Assembly (NCBI RefSeq): GCF_000143415.4
Contig: NW_003314293.1
Location: 248,001-312,000 of the forward strand
DNA: 64,000 nucleotides
From: Selaginella moellendorffii
Lineage: Eukaryota; Plantae; Lycopodiophyta
Direction: 5' to 3'
In this document: one piece after another, positions 12,862-23,929 of the stretch
How the letters are laid out: each line of letters opens with the position of its first letter
Position numbering within the stretch: position 1 is the stretch's first letter
Translations under genes and position numbers: made by a program
Notes under the pieces: model-generated
Seen by the model: only the letters and a program-made list of their open reading frames with translations
What the model was told of the DNA's origin: nothing
The model's database searches: none

Positions 12862-13260
12862 TCAATCCTCGGTCAGTACTGGAGGAACATCCACTTCAAG
12901 AGAATGCCTGTCGAAAAGCTCAAAGAACAACCAACTGATCGATCTCTCGATCGCGAGAAAAGCGAGAAAAAGCTAACCTTCCCAGCGCGTCGCCTCGGAG
13001 CTCACCGCGATCCCGGTCACCAGTCGCGCCGCCGCCGTGGCGCTGTGCTTGGGCACCATGGACGAAATCCCCCTGTGGATCCTGGAAACAAAATCTCCTT
13101 TGTGCTCGATCGATCGAATCCATGCACTGGAAATTCACCTGATCCTGGCGCTCGCCTGCCCCTCCGGCGATGGAATCGCGATCGATCGCCGCAGTGGCCG
13201 CGCGCCTGGAATCCCGAGCTGGGGAAGCAATTCTAGCCGCCTCATCACTCTTGCCGCCAT
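12862..13260 (-). CDS. NFD6/NOXY2-like organellar protein, copy 1 (exons 13260-13139, 13081-12978, then acceptor at 12907 or 12878)
   Basis: Not in the ORF track as one ORF. Spliced product MAARVMRRL...IRIHRGISSMVPKHSATAAARLVTGIAVSSEATRWE has an Arg-rich presequence and the family core S..P.HSA.A.ARL; intron phases 2 and 1 check out. Confidence 0.75.
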
Positions 13261-13283
13261 GGCTTTTCTTCTAGAGAGCTTAT

Positions 13284-13297
13284 AAACCCTAGGGTTT
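13284..13297. promoter_or_regulatory. Palindromic double telo-box AAACCCTAGGGTTT between divergent genes, overlapping TATAAA at 13281
   Basis: Perfect 14-bp palindrome giving AAACCCTA on both strands within the 49 bp between the two ATGs. Confidence 0.55.
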
Positions 13298-13309
13298 TAG
13301 ACTAGGGCT

Positions 13310-13832
13310 ATGGCAGCGGCCAATGTAGGTCGCATGGCGGGGCGCTTCGCATTCCGCGCTCGCGCTGCCAGGCCGCAATTCCATCCCAGGTCCTCCGGCG
13401 CCCAACCGCAGTACCAGTTCCATCGATCGTTGCCTCGATCGTTCGAAGAAGCTCGAATCAAGACCAGGTATACATTTATTTCTCTTTTGGCATTCTTTCG
13501 ATCGAATTGCTAGGCTTCGTCGGGAGCTCGTGTCGCTGTTTCCTTTGCACAATGCCACGGCCTCGTCCAGGCTCGTCTCGCTGATTTCCGGTGGATCGAA
13601 GAGCCTAGAATGTAAGGAAAATTCTTCCTTTGTCTTTGTTTGCTATGAAGCTTGCTTGCATTGTTTTTTTTTCCTTCTCTGTGTGGATCTAGGGGTGGTC
13701 TCTCGTTCTGTCTTGCGGCATTTTTTGTTTTTTTTTTTCATGCGTGTTTTCGGGTTGCAGGCATTTTCTTGAAGTGGGTGTCTCTCGATAATTTCAGGCC
13801 GCTGCTACAGTCTAGAGGACGATGATGGCTGA
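13310..13832 (+). CDS. NFD6/NOXY2-like protein, copy 2 (exons 13310-13467, 13514-13611, then acceptor at 13761 or 13798)
   Basis: Arg/Ala-rich presequence, core RLRRELVSLFPLHNATASSRLVSLIS, C-terminus CRCYSLEDDDG*; intron phases 2 and 1. Confidence 0.82.
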
Positions 13833-14407
13833 GTCTCTCAGAATTTAGCACACTATCCTTGGAGTCCATCGTCCGTTGTCACAGATGAATCTGTGGCTTT
13901 TATTTCCGTGTTTTTTCTTTCTTGTTCTTGTCTTCCCTGAGCTATGATCACCAGCTAGAGGTACCTGTATCAACCCAGATTTTCAGGCAAAACGAATTTT
14001 TTCATTTGGTCCAGCTTTTCTAGTGCCTTTGTATTTCCCTGTTTCTGGATGGTGGTTCATGTGTTGTGTTTCTCTACCCAGGTTGGCTCCAGCACTGCCT
14101 AAGGTCTCCGAAAAGCGTAGCGTCAGAACCGTCACGAGAGCAGTGTTTTGAAGCATCAAGGTTCTCTCTTGATTTCATTGCTTTGTTCTTTTCCATGGCA
14201 TGTTTTACTGGTCTCTTCCTGCCAGGTGATGCTATTGAATTTCTTGAGGTGCGTGGATAGTCTTCTTTGCTTGTTGACAAGATTGGCGAGAGTTTATCAT
14301 CGCGAATAACAAGAGCTTTTTCTCCAGTGTTATCTCTCGGCCAGTCGGAATTAAGTTCCCAGTCAGAAACGATAAGAGAGGGTGTGGGGTTTAGACGTGT
14401 TTTGGCT

Positions 14408-14836
14408 ATGGCTGCGAGATTGGTGGTAGCAGGGCGAGTAGCAGCTCCTCCCGCCCGACTACTTTCGCCCTCTCCTCGCGTCCATCGAGCTACATTCGTC
14501 ACAACGTCCCGCTCTTCTGGTGGTTTTCATTTGGAGCAGGATGGATTATCCTCTTCCAGCTCCGGGTCTTCTTGCTTTTCCTCCTTCCAGTTCCTGTTTC
14601 TCGGTCTCTCACGAAAAAGCTTGTTTGTCCTTCCAGGTCTGCTGTACCTTTGTCCCCTGTCCCCAAGAAACGTAATGCTACGAGGATTTCGCTGGGAGCA
14701 GCAGTGCTTCGCAACTTTCAAGGTTTTGCTCGCTGTAAATGCCTCGGTGAGGCATTTTAAAGAGTGTCTAGCTAAAAGTTCGAGTTTTTCTCCAGCAGGA
14801 TTCGAGCATTTCAGCCGTCTCAAGGATGATGGGTGA
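14408..14836 (+). CDS. Divergent NFD6/NOXY2-like protein, copy 3 (exons 14408-14565, 14637-14722, 14799-14836)
   Basis: Presequence MAARLVVAGR, 158-nt first exon like copy 2, same intron phases, ends LKDDG*. The core is degenerate (SPVPKKRNATRISL) and the first donor is weak. Confidence 0.5.
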   Translation: MAARLVVAGRVAAPPARLLSPSPRVHRATFVTTSRSSGGFHLEQDGLSSSSSGSSCFSSFQFLFLGLSRKSLFVLPGLLYLCPLSPRNVMLRGFRWEQQCFATFKVLLAVNASVRHFKECLAKSSSFSPAGFEHFSRLKDDG

Positions 14837-15016
14837 TGTAGTAAGATTGATTCGTTTCTCATTTACTCACCTGTGTGCTCTTACAGTTGAGAAGAAGAAC
14901 AAGAAGCTATGGAGGATGCCAGTCTCTTGACTTGTAGCACGGTCACGGTTTGACGAAATTTGAGCTCTTTTTCTTTTTGTTCTACTGAGGGTTTGATAGG
15001 GTTTTGTAGCTTAGGA

Positions 15017-17482
15017 ATGCAGAGGATTTCCAGTCCAGAGGTAAGGAGCTCCCAACAGCGCACGCTCGAGAGACTGGAAAAAGCCAAGAGGATTTTCATT
15101 CTGGTGTCCGAATTGAAGGCTTGCAGCAGCTCTAAGGACTTGGACAGAGGTAGGAAAATCCATGCCCGAGCTGTAGCAATTGGAGAGAGCTCCAACATCT
15201 ACGCAGCGACAACTCTCATCAACATGTACTGCAAATGTGGAAGCCTGGTGGACGCTCGCAGCGTGTTTGACAGAATGCCACTTTGCAACGCCGTGGCATG
15301 GACTGCTCTCATGCTGGGTTATGCGGAGAACAGCTTGGAGGAACAGGCCTTGGAACTCTTCTCCGCTATGCAGTCGCGGAGGTTTAGCTGCGTCCCTGAC
15401 TCGCGCACCTTCGTGGTGGCTCTCAAGGCGTGTGTTGGACTGGCAACGAAGGAAGCTGTCCAGGACATCAACGGGAAGCTTGTGAAGATGAAGTCACTGG
15501 AGAAAGGAATGGCTGTTCACCACCAAGCCGTAAGGGTATTACAGGGAGCTTTAGCTATAGCACAGGATATCTACCTGGGAAGTGCGCTCGTCAACTTTTA
15601 CGCAAGATGTGGGGACTTGAGCAGCGCTAGCAGAGTTTTCGACGAGATGTCGAGCCGGAATGCTGTCGCCTGGAACGCTCTGATGCTCGGGTATACGGAG
15701 AGTGGCGATTCGGAGCGGGCTTTGGAGCTGCTGGAACGGATGCTGGGCGAGGGATGCACTCCCAACGCCAGGAACTTCGTGGTGGCGTTGAAGGCCTGCT
15801 CGAGTTTGGCCGGGGACGAGGCTGGCAGCAAAGTCGATGGGAAACTCGTCAAGGTGGTGTGCTTGGAAAAAGGCGTGGCCGTGCACTCGCAGGCCGTCAA
15901 GTATGGCTGCGAGGCGGATATCTTCGTCGGGAGCACGCTGGTGGACGTCTACTCCAAGTGTGGAAGCCTCCTTGACTCTTGGAGAGCTTTCGAGCGAATG
16001 CCGAGGCGGAACGCGGTGTCGTGGAACTCACTGATGCTGGGGTATGCCGAGAACGGGGAGCCGGAAGCAGCACTCGATTTGTTTGTCCGCATGGCCAACG
16101 AAGAAGACGAAGCTAGTCCAGACGATCGAAGCTGTGTTGCCGCGCTCAAAGCCTGCGTTATTCTGGCAGCCAAGGAAGAGGAAGGCCGCGGAGAGAAGCT
16201 GGTGAAGATGGGAGCGCTCGAGAAAGGGATGGCTATTCACGCTCGAGCTGCGAGTAAGCACTTCGAGCGGGATATCTTCGTCGCCAACACGCTCGTGGAC
16301 ATGTACTTCAAGTGTGGAAGTATGGCGGACGCTTCCCGAGTCTTCGGCAGGATAGAGAATCCGACAGTGGTTTCCTGGACGTCGTTGATACTGGGATACG
16401 TCGACAACGGCGAAGGAGCTCTGGCTCTCGGGCTCTTCGATCAGATGCAAGCTCGGGGTTGCCGGCCGAGTGCTCAGACTTTCGTGGCCGCGATGAGAGC
16501 TTGCACTTGCGAGGCTTCGAAAGATGGTGGCGATGGGAAGCTTGTCAAGAAAAAACAGTGGCTGCAGCGCGGGATGGCCGTCCACGATCAGGCAGTAAAG
16601 CGGGGACTGGAATCCAACATCTTCGTGGCAAGCGCAGCGGTGGATCTCTGCTCCAAGTGTGGCAGCATGGACAACGCCCGGAAGATCTTCGAGCAAAGTC
16701 CCTCGAGCCACGGTTTGGCCTCGTGGAACGCACTGATGCTCGGTTACGTGGAGAACGGCGACGCAGCATCGGCACTCGGCTTGTTCTCGCGGCTCCAGAG
16801 GCAGAAAAACTCGTGGAGCTCGTCACCCAACGCTAGAACTTACGCTGCTGCGCTCAAGGCCTGTGGAGCTCTCGGTCTTCTCAGCTCAACCAAGCTCGTC
16901 CACGCGGAGATCTGCCGCTGCAGAGCCTCGTCCGACGCAGTGCTGGCCAACTCGCTCGTCGACGCCTACGGCAAGTGCGGCGGCCTCGACCACGCGCAAC
17001 AAGCTTTCGACTCCATCGCCAGCCCGGACGCCATCACCTGGAACGCGCTCATCACGTCTTACAGCTCCCAGGGAGACACCGACCGAGTTTTCCAGCTCCT
17101 GGGCGAGATGCTAGGCCGGGGATGGGAGCCGAGCGCCGTGACTTACACCTCGCTGCTCATCGCGTGTAGCCGCGGGGGTCTGGTGGATCGGTGTTGGAAG
17201 TTCTTCCGGGAGATGGAGTCCAAGCACGGGGTGGCTCCTCGCATCGAGCACTACCACTGCGTGATGGACACACTGGGGCGAGCCAACCGGGTGGAGGAGG
17301 CGGTGAGGCTGGCGGAGGAGATGCCGTTTGAGCCGAGTGGAGTGACTTGGACGACGGTGTTGAGCGCTTGCGAGAGCGTGGAGGCCGGGAGGGGCGCGTT
17401 TGGATCGTTGCTCGGGATGGAGGAGGCGGACAGGAAGGCTGGCTGCGCTCTCATGTCCAACTTGTGTAGTAGTAAAATCTAA
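15017..17482 (+). CDS. PLS-class pentatricopeptide repeat protein with partial E domain, no DYW; intronless
   Basis: Repeated MYCKCGSLVDARSVFDRMP / AVAWTALMLGY / PDSRTFVVALKAC triplets; HYHCVMDTLGRA and MPFEPSGVTWTTVLSAC E-domain motifs. Confidence 0.93.
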   Translation: MQRISSPEVRSSQQRTLERLEKAKRIFILVSELKACSSSKDLDRGRKIHARAVAIGESSNIYAATTLINMYCKCGSLVDARSVFDRMPLCNAVAWTALMLGYAENSLEEQALELFSAMQSRRFSCVPDSRTFVVALKACVGLATKEAVQDINGKLVKMKSLEKGMAVHHQAVRVLQGALAIAQDIYLGSALVNFYARCGDLSSASRVFDEMSSRNAVAWNALMLGYTESGDSERALELLERMLGEGCTPNARNFVVALKACSSLAGDEAGSKVDGKLVKVVCLEKGVAVHSQAVKYGCEADIFVGSTLVDVYSKCGSLLDSWRAFERMPRRNAVSWNSLMLGYAENGEPEAALDLFVRMANEEDEASPDDRSCVAALKACVILAAKEEEGRGEKLVKMGALEKGMAIHARAASKHFERDIFVANTLVDMYFKCGSMADASRVFGRIENPTVVSWTSLILGYVDNGEGALALGLFDQMQARGCRPSAQTFVAAMRACTCEASKDGGDGKLVKKKQWLQRGMAVHDQAVKRGLESNIFVASAAVDLCSKCGSMDNARKIFEQSPSSHGLASWNALMLGYVENGDAASALGLFSRLQRQKNSWSSSPNARTYAAALKACGALGLLSSTKLVHAEICRCRASSDAVLANSLVDAYGKCGGLDHAQQAFDSIASPDAITWNALITSYSSQGDTDRVFQLLGEMLGRGWEPSAVTYTSLLIACSRGGLVDRCWKFFREMESKHGVAPRIEHYHCVMDTLGRANRVEEAVRLAEEMPFEPSGVTWTTVLSACESVEAGRGAFGSLLGMEEADRKAGCALMSNLCSSKI

Positions 17483-17873
17483 GTCACACGTCCTTTTAAA
17501 TAGCTGATAACTAAAAGCTTTTCACTCTCTGAAGCTCGTATCGTTTGATGGTAGCTATATAATAATTTTTATAAATGTAGAATTGTGTAGTTATAAGATT
17601 AAAAGAAGTGCTCTTCATCCAGTTGGTAGAGGAATCAGCAAAAATCATGAGACCCCGTAAGCCTCGGAAGTTCCTTCAACAAATGAATGGTGGGATGAAT
17701 AATGTGATAAAGCTCATCACGCATATGTTAGTCCAGTAACTTCAAGGCTTGAGCTTTTTCTTTGCAGGAGGTTCTTCTTCCACCATCGTCTTCTTAGCAG
17801 CCTCAATCCCCACCCGAGAGCTCTAGACGGCGCCAGTGGCTCTCGTGCTTCAAAATCCACTGAAAGAAAGGAC

Positions 17874-18930
17874 TCAAATCCCAGGCCTTCCAAACGCCAT
17901 CCTCAGATCCTGAAGCACATTCCGGAAATATGCCTCCACAAAGGCACGCTCGTCGCAGCTAGCTGGAGCAGCTCCAGTGTGCCAAGCGCAGAAATAGCCA
18001 TAACCCTTGACAGGACAAACAGGCGCTCCACAGCTTCCACACAGGGCACTACAAGTTGTCCTCCACCCACATTTAGAAGAGCGCGCCATCTTTCCAATCG
18101 ATGCAGTCTGAACTCCTGTACAGTGATTTCCCAAGGCTTCATGCAGCTTGCTAAACAGGATGTTCTTGGCCATGGCTTCAATATCCACTTGTGAGCTATA
18201 TGGGAACATGTCTCGGGCTTCCATCACCTCTGCCTCCATCGCGTCCCTGTAGATGCTCCAGATGGTGCCATGCAGTCCGCTCGCATCAACACAGAGCTCA
18301 CTCCTGGGAAAGAAGTTATGCAGCACGGCTCCTTGTCCACGGGGGAGCACGGCAGCAAGAAGTACTGGAATGATCTGAGCAGCTTTGGCTTTTCTGTCTT
18401 CTTCTTTAAAGTCCAGAGGATCCCAGCACTAGATGAAGTCGTGGCACGCATCAGCGCAAAGTCGCAGCCCTCGTCTCTGGATATGTTTTTCAGATTGTAC
18501 CGTGGCTTGTCTGCCATATCGAAGTGCTCTGGTCGCACAAAATCTCCATTCAGGCACCGGGTACACGACTTGGTCACACGAGCAGATGTAAGGAAGAAGT
18601 GCGGGCTGAGTGCTATGCCACTGCCAAAGCTAACGATCCCACTCTCATGTGTTGCACGAATGGCCTCCTTGAGTATAGCTGGTTTTCCATACACTGAGCT
18701 TCCCAATCTGGGTGGATCACCCGCTGGGAAGATAACCGTGCCCGATTCAAAGTCGACGCCCAGAATTCTACTGAACTTACCTTTCCTAGATGGATCTGTC
18801 TCAAGTTTCTAAAACCTCCTCTTGAAGTTTTGCCTGTTCTTGGCCAATAGCCGAATCTATAGGTGCATAGTAAATAACATAAAACTCCCCACGAACAAGG
18901 CTCTTCCAGAACAAACCCTAGCAGGAATTA
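17874..18930 (-). pseudogene. Frameshifted chymotrypsin/trypsin-fold protein with GSCG motif
   Basis: GSGIALSPHFFLTSARV, CDFALMR and CGSCGAPV...AWHTG in trypsin-fold order, split across frames (ORFs 18224-18706 and 17874-18350). Confidence 0.55.
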
Positions 18931-18987
18931 GACCTTCCTTTTATAGCTGTGTGCGAGGTAAAGGTTTACCTCCTTAACCAGTCCATT

Positions 18988-19425
18988 ATGATAAACCTGA
19001 GACGAGAGTCGGCGTCGAAGTTTTGCAGGAGCTGGTCTTCCTGAGCTCTACGCGATGGGGATCCAGGTCCGCGCCGAGCTGCCGTGGAAGAGAGGAGTGT
19101 GGAGTGCGTGTCCGAGCTTGTGCTGCTTCCGCCAGCTTCTCATTTGAGAGAGCTTGATTTAGCATTCATTCAGTCTAGTTGTCTCTGGCTTTTGAGGAGT
19201 TGAATTTGAGGGCGCAATAGTAATAGGGGGCTCTCGTTTGAAGATTGTTCCACCTGAAGAAGACGAGGCAGCGGCAACTCCAGCACAATAATCTCTCGGA
19301 TCCTCTCTCCCGAAGGGCTTCAAGTGAAGTGAAGAAGTGTGTTTCGTTCCAGGAAAACCAGAATTTCTTTTCCAGCTTTGTTTGACACGACCGAGGTGGC
19401 GGACACGAGCAACGTTTTTTATATG
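18988..19425 (+). pseudogene. Seipin exon-2/3' flank fragment with many deletions and a ~110-bp insert
   Basis: Collinear with about 9908-10440 (atgataaacctgagacga..., tgtgctgcttccgccagct, acgaggcagcg.caactccagcacaa, gtttcgttccaggaaaac). Confidence 0.85.
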
Positions 19426-19489
19426 AAAAAATCATACCGGGAGAGAGATTCGTCAGGACATTCCCTTAAAGAGGAAGAAAATTTCTCCT

Positions 19490-20259
19490 TAATAAGGGTA
19501 GGAATAGGGTTTGCAATGCGGGAGCCTTTCGGGTATGTGCCTTATGTCTGTGATCTGCCTTATTATGTAACTCCTAGTATCCAGCAGATGTGTCGAGAAG
19601 AACAAAAGCTCCTGAAAGAGGTTTCAGGAGAGGTAGCAGTGAATCTAGGAAGGGAAAGTTTAGTAGAGTTTTATTTTCCCGAAGGATGATCTTCCTAGTT
19701 CTACAAGCCCAAGCTGGTCAGTATATGGAAGGAATCCAACCATACTCAAGAAAGCCATTCGCGCAACACACAGGCTCCAGAGTGTGGATGAGAGTAGGAT
19801 GGTTCACTTCGGCAGTGGCGTGGCGCTCAGCCCGCAGTTCCTCCTTACGCCTGCTCGTATGGCCAAGTCGTCTACCCAGTGCCTGAATGGCGATTTTGTG
19901 CGATCAGAGCACTTCGATATGGCAGAGAAGCCACGGTACAATCTGGAAACTGTATCCAGGGACGAAGGCTGTGATATGGTGCTGATGCGTGTCAAGACTT
20001 CAAGCGCTGGCGCGACTCTAGAGAAGGCAAAGCTGCTCAAGTCTTTCCAGTACTTCCTGCTGCCATGCTCCCCAGTGGACAAGCGCCATGCTGCATAACT
20101 TCTTTCCCTGGTGTGAGCTCGCTGTTGATGCGAGCGGACGCAGGCCTCTTGCACGGCATCATTCATGGAGGTACTGAGGCTAGTCTCGGGGGCATTTACA
20201 GGGATGCGATGGAGGCAGAGGCGATGGAAGTTCGAGCCATGCATCAGTACAAGCCATAA
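19490..20259 (+). pseudogene. Inverted, 3'-truncated second copy of the trypsin-fold gene
   Basis: FGSGVALSPQFLLTPARM...CLNGDFVRSEHFDMAEKPRYNL...SFQYFLLPCSPVDK, then a frameshift to CCITSFPGVSSLLMRAD; clearly homologous to 18220-18700. Confidence 0.8.
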
Positions 20260-21159
20260 CGTTTGTAGATCACTACCAAATCTCGTCAAGTTCCACTGAT
20301 TCGAGGCCGGGATGCGACGCACTTGATTTTCTTGGGACGGTAACTCATTCTTTTGGCTTTGCTGTTCTTTGTCCGTATCAGTCAGTGAGTGACGCAAGAC
20401 CAGAAATCTGGCGAAAGCCACGGTATGCCCCATCGGGCGCCACGGAGACCATAAAATCTTTTCTTCTTCTTCTTCTTCTTTGTCTCGTTTTTCTTTTTTA
20501 TACACTTAAACTTATTCTTTGCAGGCTCCTTCCCGCGCTCTTTTACAGTGGGGGGAGACAACGTTTTGGCTAGCATGCCCCACTGTATAAAAATCTGTAT
20601 GTTCGTGATTGGACATCTCCAGATTCCTAAGCTCAATATTGAGCTCAATCGAAGCTATTGTGGAGACAATATCCTGTCAAGAGAACAGTCTCTATAACTT
20701 TTACCAGGCTTGGAACTTGAAGGAAGAGAGAAAAAGGTTTCCTGGGATTTTAGAATCTTTCATGTATCAATTATCGCAGGAAAATGTCTTGCGTTTAGTC
20801 ATGTAACATGACTAAACCTCTGGGCTTTCCTCTCTAGTGAGATTCAGGAAGAACGATAACAGTGGCTTATGTTCTTTCCTAGCACGTTGTAGATCAAACA
20901 GATTCAAGTAGAGCAGTAGCCTCAAGGAGTCTTCATTCGCAGCAAGCGTATGTTTGATTTTTTTTAGAATATTTCTCATTGTGGCATTTTTGGTCTAGAT
21001 AGTGGATCTACGTAGAAAGCTTCATCTCACATTGGAAATTGCAACATCAAGTAACACCATTTCGATTTCCTTTTACCATGCCAGCTGGTTTTCTGGTGTT
21101 CTTTTTCCAATCACAGGAAACCAAATGAAACAGAACGAAAGCTAGAGCTCCATCAAAAA

Positions 21160-23052
21160 TCAAGCGTACTGGATGCTGGCCCCCTTGAACGTGAAGACTT
21201 TCTCCTTGTCCTTCCCGCGCGGCACCAGAGTGACAACGAGCTTGTCCGCGTCCTTCAAGCCCAAGATCTCGACGTTGGGCTTGATGGAGAAGCGGGCGTT
21301 GGTGGTCCGAGTGCTCGACTCGGTCATCCCGGGCATGAAGTGGGGGATGTTGTAGAAAGAGCCGACGTACTCGGCGCAGGAGAGCGTGGTGGTCTCGTTG
21401 GCCTCAGGGAGATTGATGAACACGTTGAACGTAGTGTTATTCTGCATCCCAACCACCATCTCTTCCAGGACCAGGAGCTCGTCCGAAGCGCTGCCTTTGG
21501 GCTGCGCCACCGTGATCGTCAGCGGGCCCGCTCCAACCTTGACAGGCTCGGCGTTCTGGGACGAGGATTTCACGAGTGGATACTCAGCCGCCATAGCAGT
21601 AGCTCCAGGAACCAACGAAGCAACGATCGAACTCTTGGGCTGCGCGAAGGCCGTCTTTGCGAGCGGCAGTGGCTTGTAGTTGATCCAGACCTTGTCCTGG
21701 GGCATGGACGCGTACTTGTACTTGAGCTTCGTCTGGTTGTCGATGGAATCTTTCACCTTGACGCGAACGAGGTCCTGGTTCTCATCGAAGAAGAGGAACT
21801 CGGTGTTGAGGTAGTCGGCGTCCGTGAAGTCCTGGTTTCCCAGGGACCTCCACACGTCCCACATCCTGTCCACGTTACCGTGGTGGCAGTAGAAGAGTGG
21901 ATCCTTCCCGGCAGAGTAGAAGTTGCCCAGGTCCTCGCCATTAGGGTTATTGGGGCTGCCACCAAAGACGTGCACGGCCGTGTGTGGGGCTTTCTCCAGA
22001 GATCCATCGCCACCGTTATTGTTCCCTTTCCTGCATAAGACATGGCTCCGTCACCTTTTTCTAGCCATGCACACGTACCTTATGGGAGCGCCGAAGAAGG
22101 CGTCCTGGAGCTTGACCTTAGCGACGTTGTTGTACATGACGGAGATGTTGTCCTGGCGGATCTGATCGTCGGTCTTGTAGGTGGGCTCGCCGAAGCTGGG
22201 GTCGACGCCGGGCGCGTAGCCGAGATCCACTCGCGCGGGCGCGTAGTTTGCCTCGTTGCGATTGGCGTCGAAGATGGGGGTGCCCTCGCGCCGAAACATC
22301 TCCGGGATGTAGCTCCCCCCGTCCTGGTTGTCCCAGTTCCAAAACGGCAGCGCGAAGGTTGGATCGTTGATCAAACTGCCCAAGATCTTCTCGTGGTAGT
22401 AGAGGTACCAGCGGTGCCACGGCAGGAAGAGCCAGTTGAAGTGGATCTGGAGCGTTGACTTTGGATCGCCCTCCTGGCGGTAGCCGTAGTTGCAGTAGAC
22501 GCAGTGGACGTTGGCCTGCTGCCGGAAGCTCCGGGGATCATCCGAGGGGAGCGCGCGCATCTTGGCGTAGGCCTCGTTGTACTTCTGGATGTAGTCCTCG
22601 TCCACGAGATGGGCGGCGGGGCGGGTGCGCATGGGGCCGGTGTCGGGCTTGAAGTCGATGGTGTCGCGCTTGGGCTTGGGCGGGCAGCACGCCACGAAGG
22701 TGTTGGTGTTGGCGATGTTGGCGGGCTGGCAGCGCTTGAAGGTGGGCGATCCCACGGGCTCGGCGAGCGCGGGACCAGTAGGGGACGCCGCGAGCGAAGC
22801 TCCGCCGGCGATTGTTCCCGCCAGGAGCTCGCGGCGATCGATGATCGAGGCCGGAGTGGAGCTACCTTTCTTGGAGGGGAAAGAGGGATTACCAGACTCC
22901 CCTGTTGCTGCATTGGCTTCTTTCCTGGCATTGGCGGTGATCTTGAGCGCACCCCGGGAGCGATTGGGCAGAAGTGGGCATGGGCTCCGGTGCAGGAGCT
23001 TGACGCGATCGAGCGAGAGTGCCGCGGAAGACATGCCCAGCAGCGAATCCAT
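21160..23052 (-). CDS. PPO: Polyphenol oxidase, copy 1 (intron 22031-22078)
   Basis: Transit peptide, Tat signal DRRELL...ALA/EP, CuA HCVYC...HFNWLFLPWHRWYLY, CuB PHTAVH...DPLFYCHHGNVDRMW, DWL-like and KFDV-like domains; 48-nt intron. Confidence 0.96.
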
Positions 23053-23929
23053 GCTGGATGAGAGATTCCAAGTCTCGACTAAGGACGCAGTAGGAACCGT
23101 ACCTTTTTAAAGGGCGAACGAGATCACATGGTTCTCGTGGGCGTAGTGGCGATAATATTTCAGACCAAAGTGATCCACGAGAACCCCGTGTTAGAATTCT
23201 TATCAAAACTGCCACGTCATTGCAGCCTTTAGTAGGGTTACCATTTTTTTCAGGAGACGAGCAAAGATATGCTTGAAACAGCAGTGAATGAGGGGAATTC
23301 GTACCTAGTTGGTTTGATATCCATCTATTTCCACGGTACGGCCCAGCTTGTTCTTCCTTGATTCCGTTCGCTTTGAACTGTAGTTGCCACTTTCTTGAAC
23401 AAGATGGAGCGCATGTAAAGCTTTTAGCAGAACATCGCCACAAGGTAAACACTTAATTACCTTCGCCTTTGATAGGCTAGGTTGTGTTCGAAGTGTTTTT
23501 TGAGCCGCTGCTCACCCACCTTTTAAACGGGTCGATTGCCACATTCATGGACATTAGTCGTCACCTTCGCCTAGAACATTCGAGGTACGTGCTGAATGAA
23601 TCTCACGCTTAACTGTTCGATTTGTGAGAGCTTAAGGAGCTCCGGGAGGGCACCGAAGGTACAAACAAGAGCCGAGGGGAGGGAGTTGGCCAGGTGTTTC
23701 CTAGGGTTGGGTTTCATAGCAGTTTGATCAATCATGTGGTGTAGCTTGCACCAGTGTCGTCATGCATACACCACGCCCCGTTACTGTGGATCATAAAAGA
23801 AAGCTCGAACTAAAGAGAAGGAAAAACAGAGAACACGAACTCGAGTTGGCCGGGCGACGACTTCGTTCCTGCCACCTTAACGGAAAAGGGACGTCGAGGG
23901 GGGCTAGGGCTTGATCCAAGGTGACCACT

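Noticed and set aside
21340-23452. Long antisense and alternate-frame ORFs over PPO, PPR, dirigent and C2H2 genes
   Set aside because: Expected shadows of high GC3 coding sequence; no motifs of their own.
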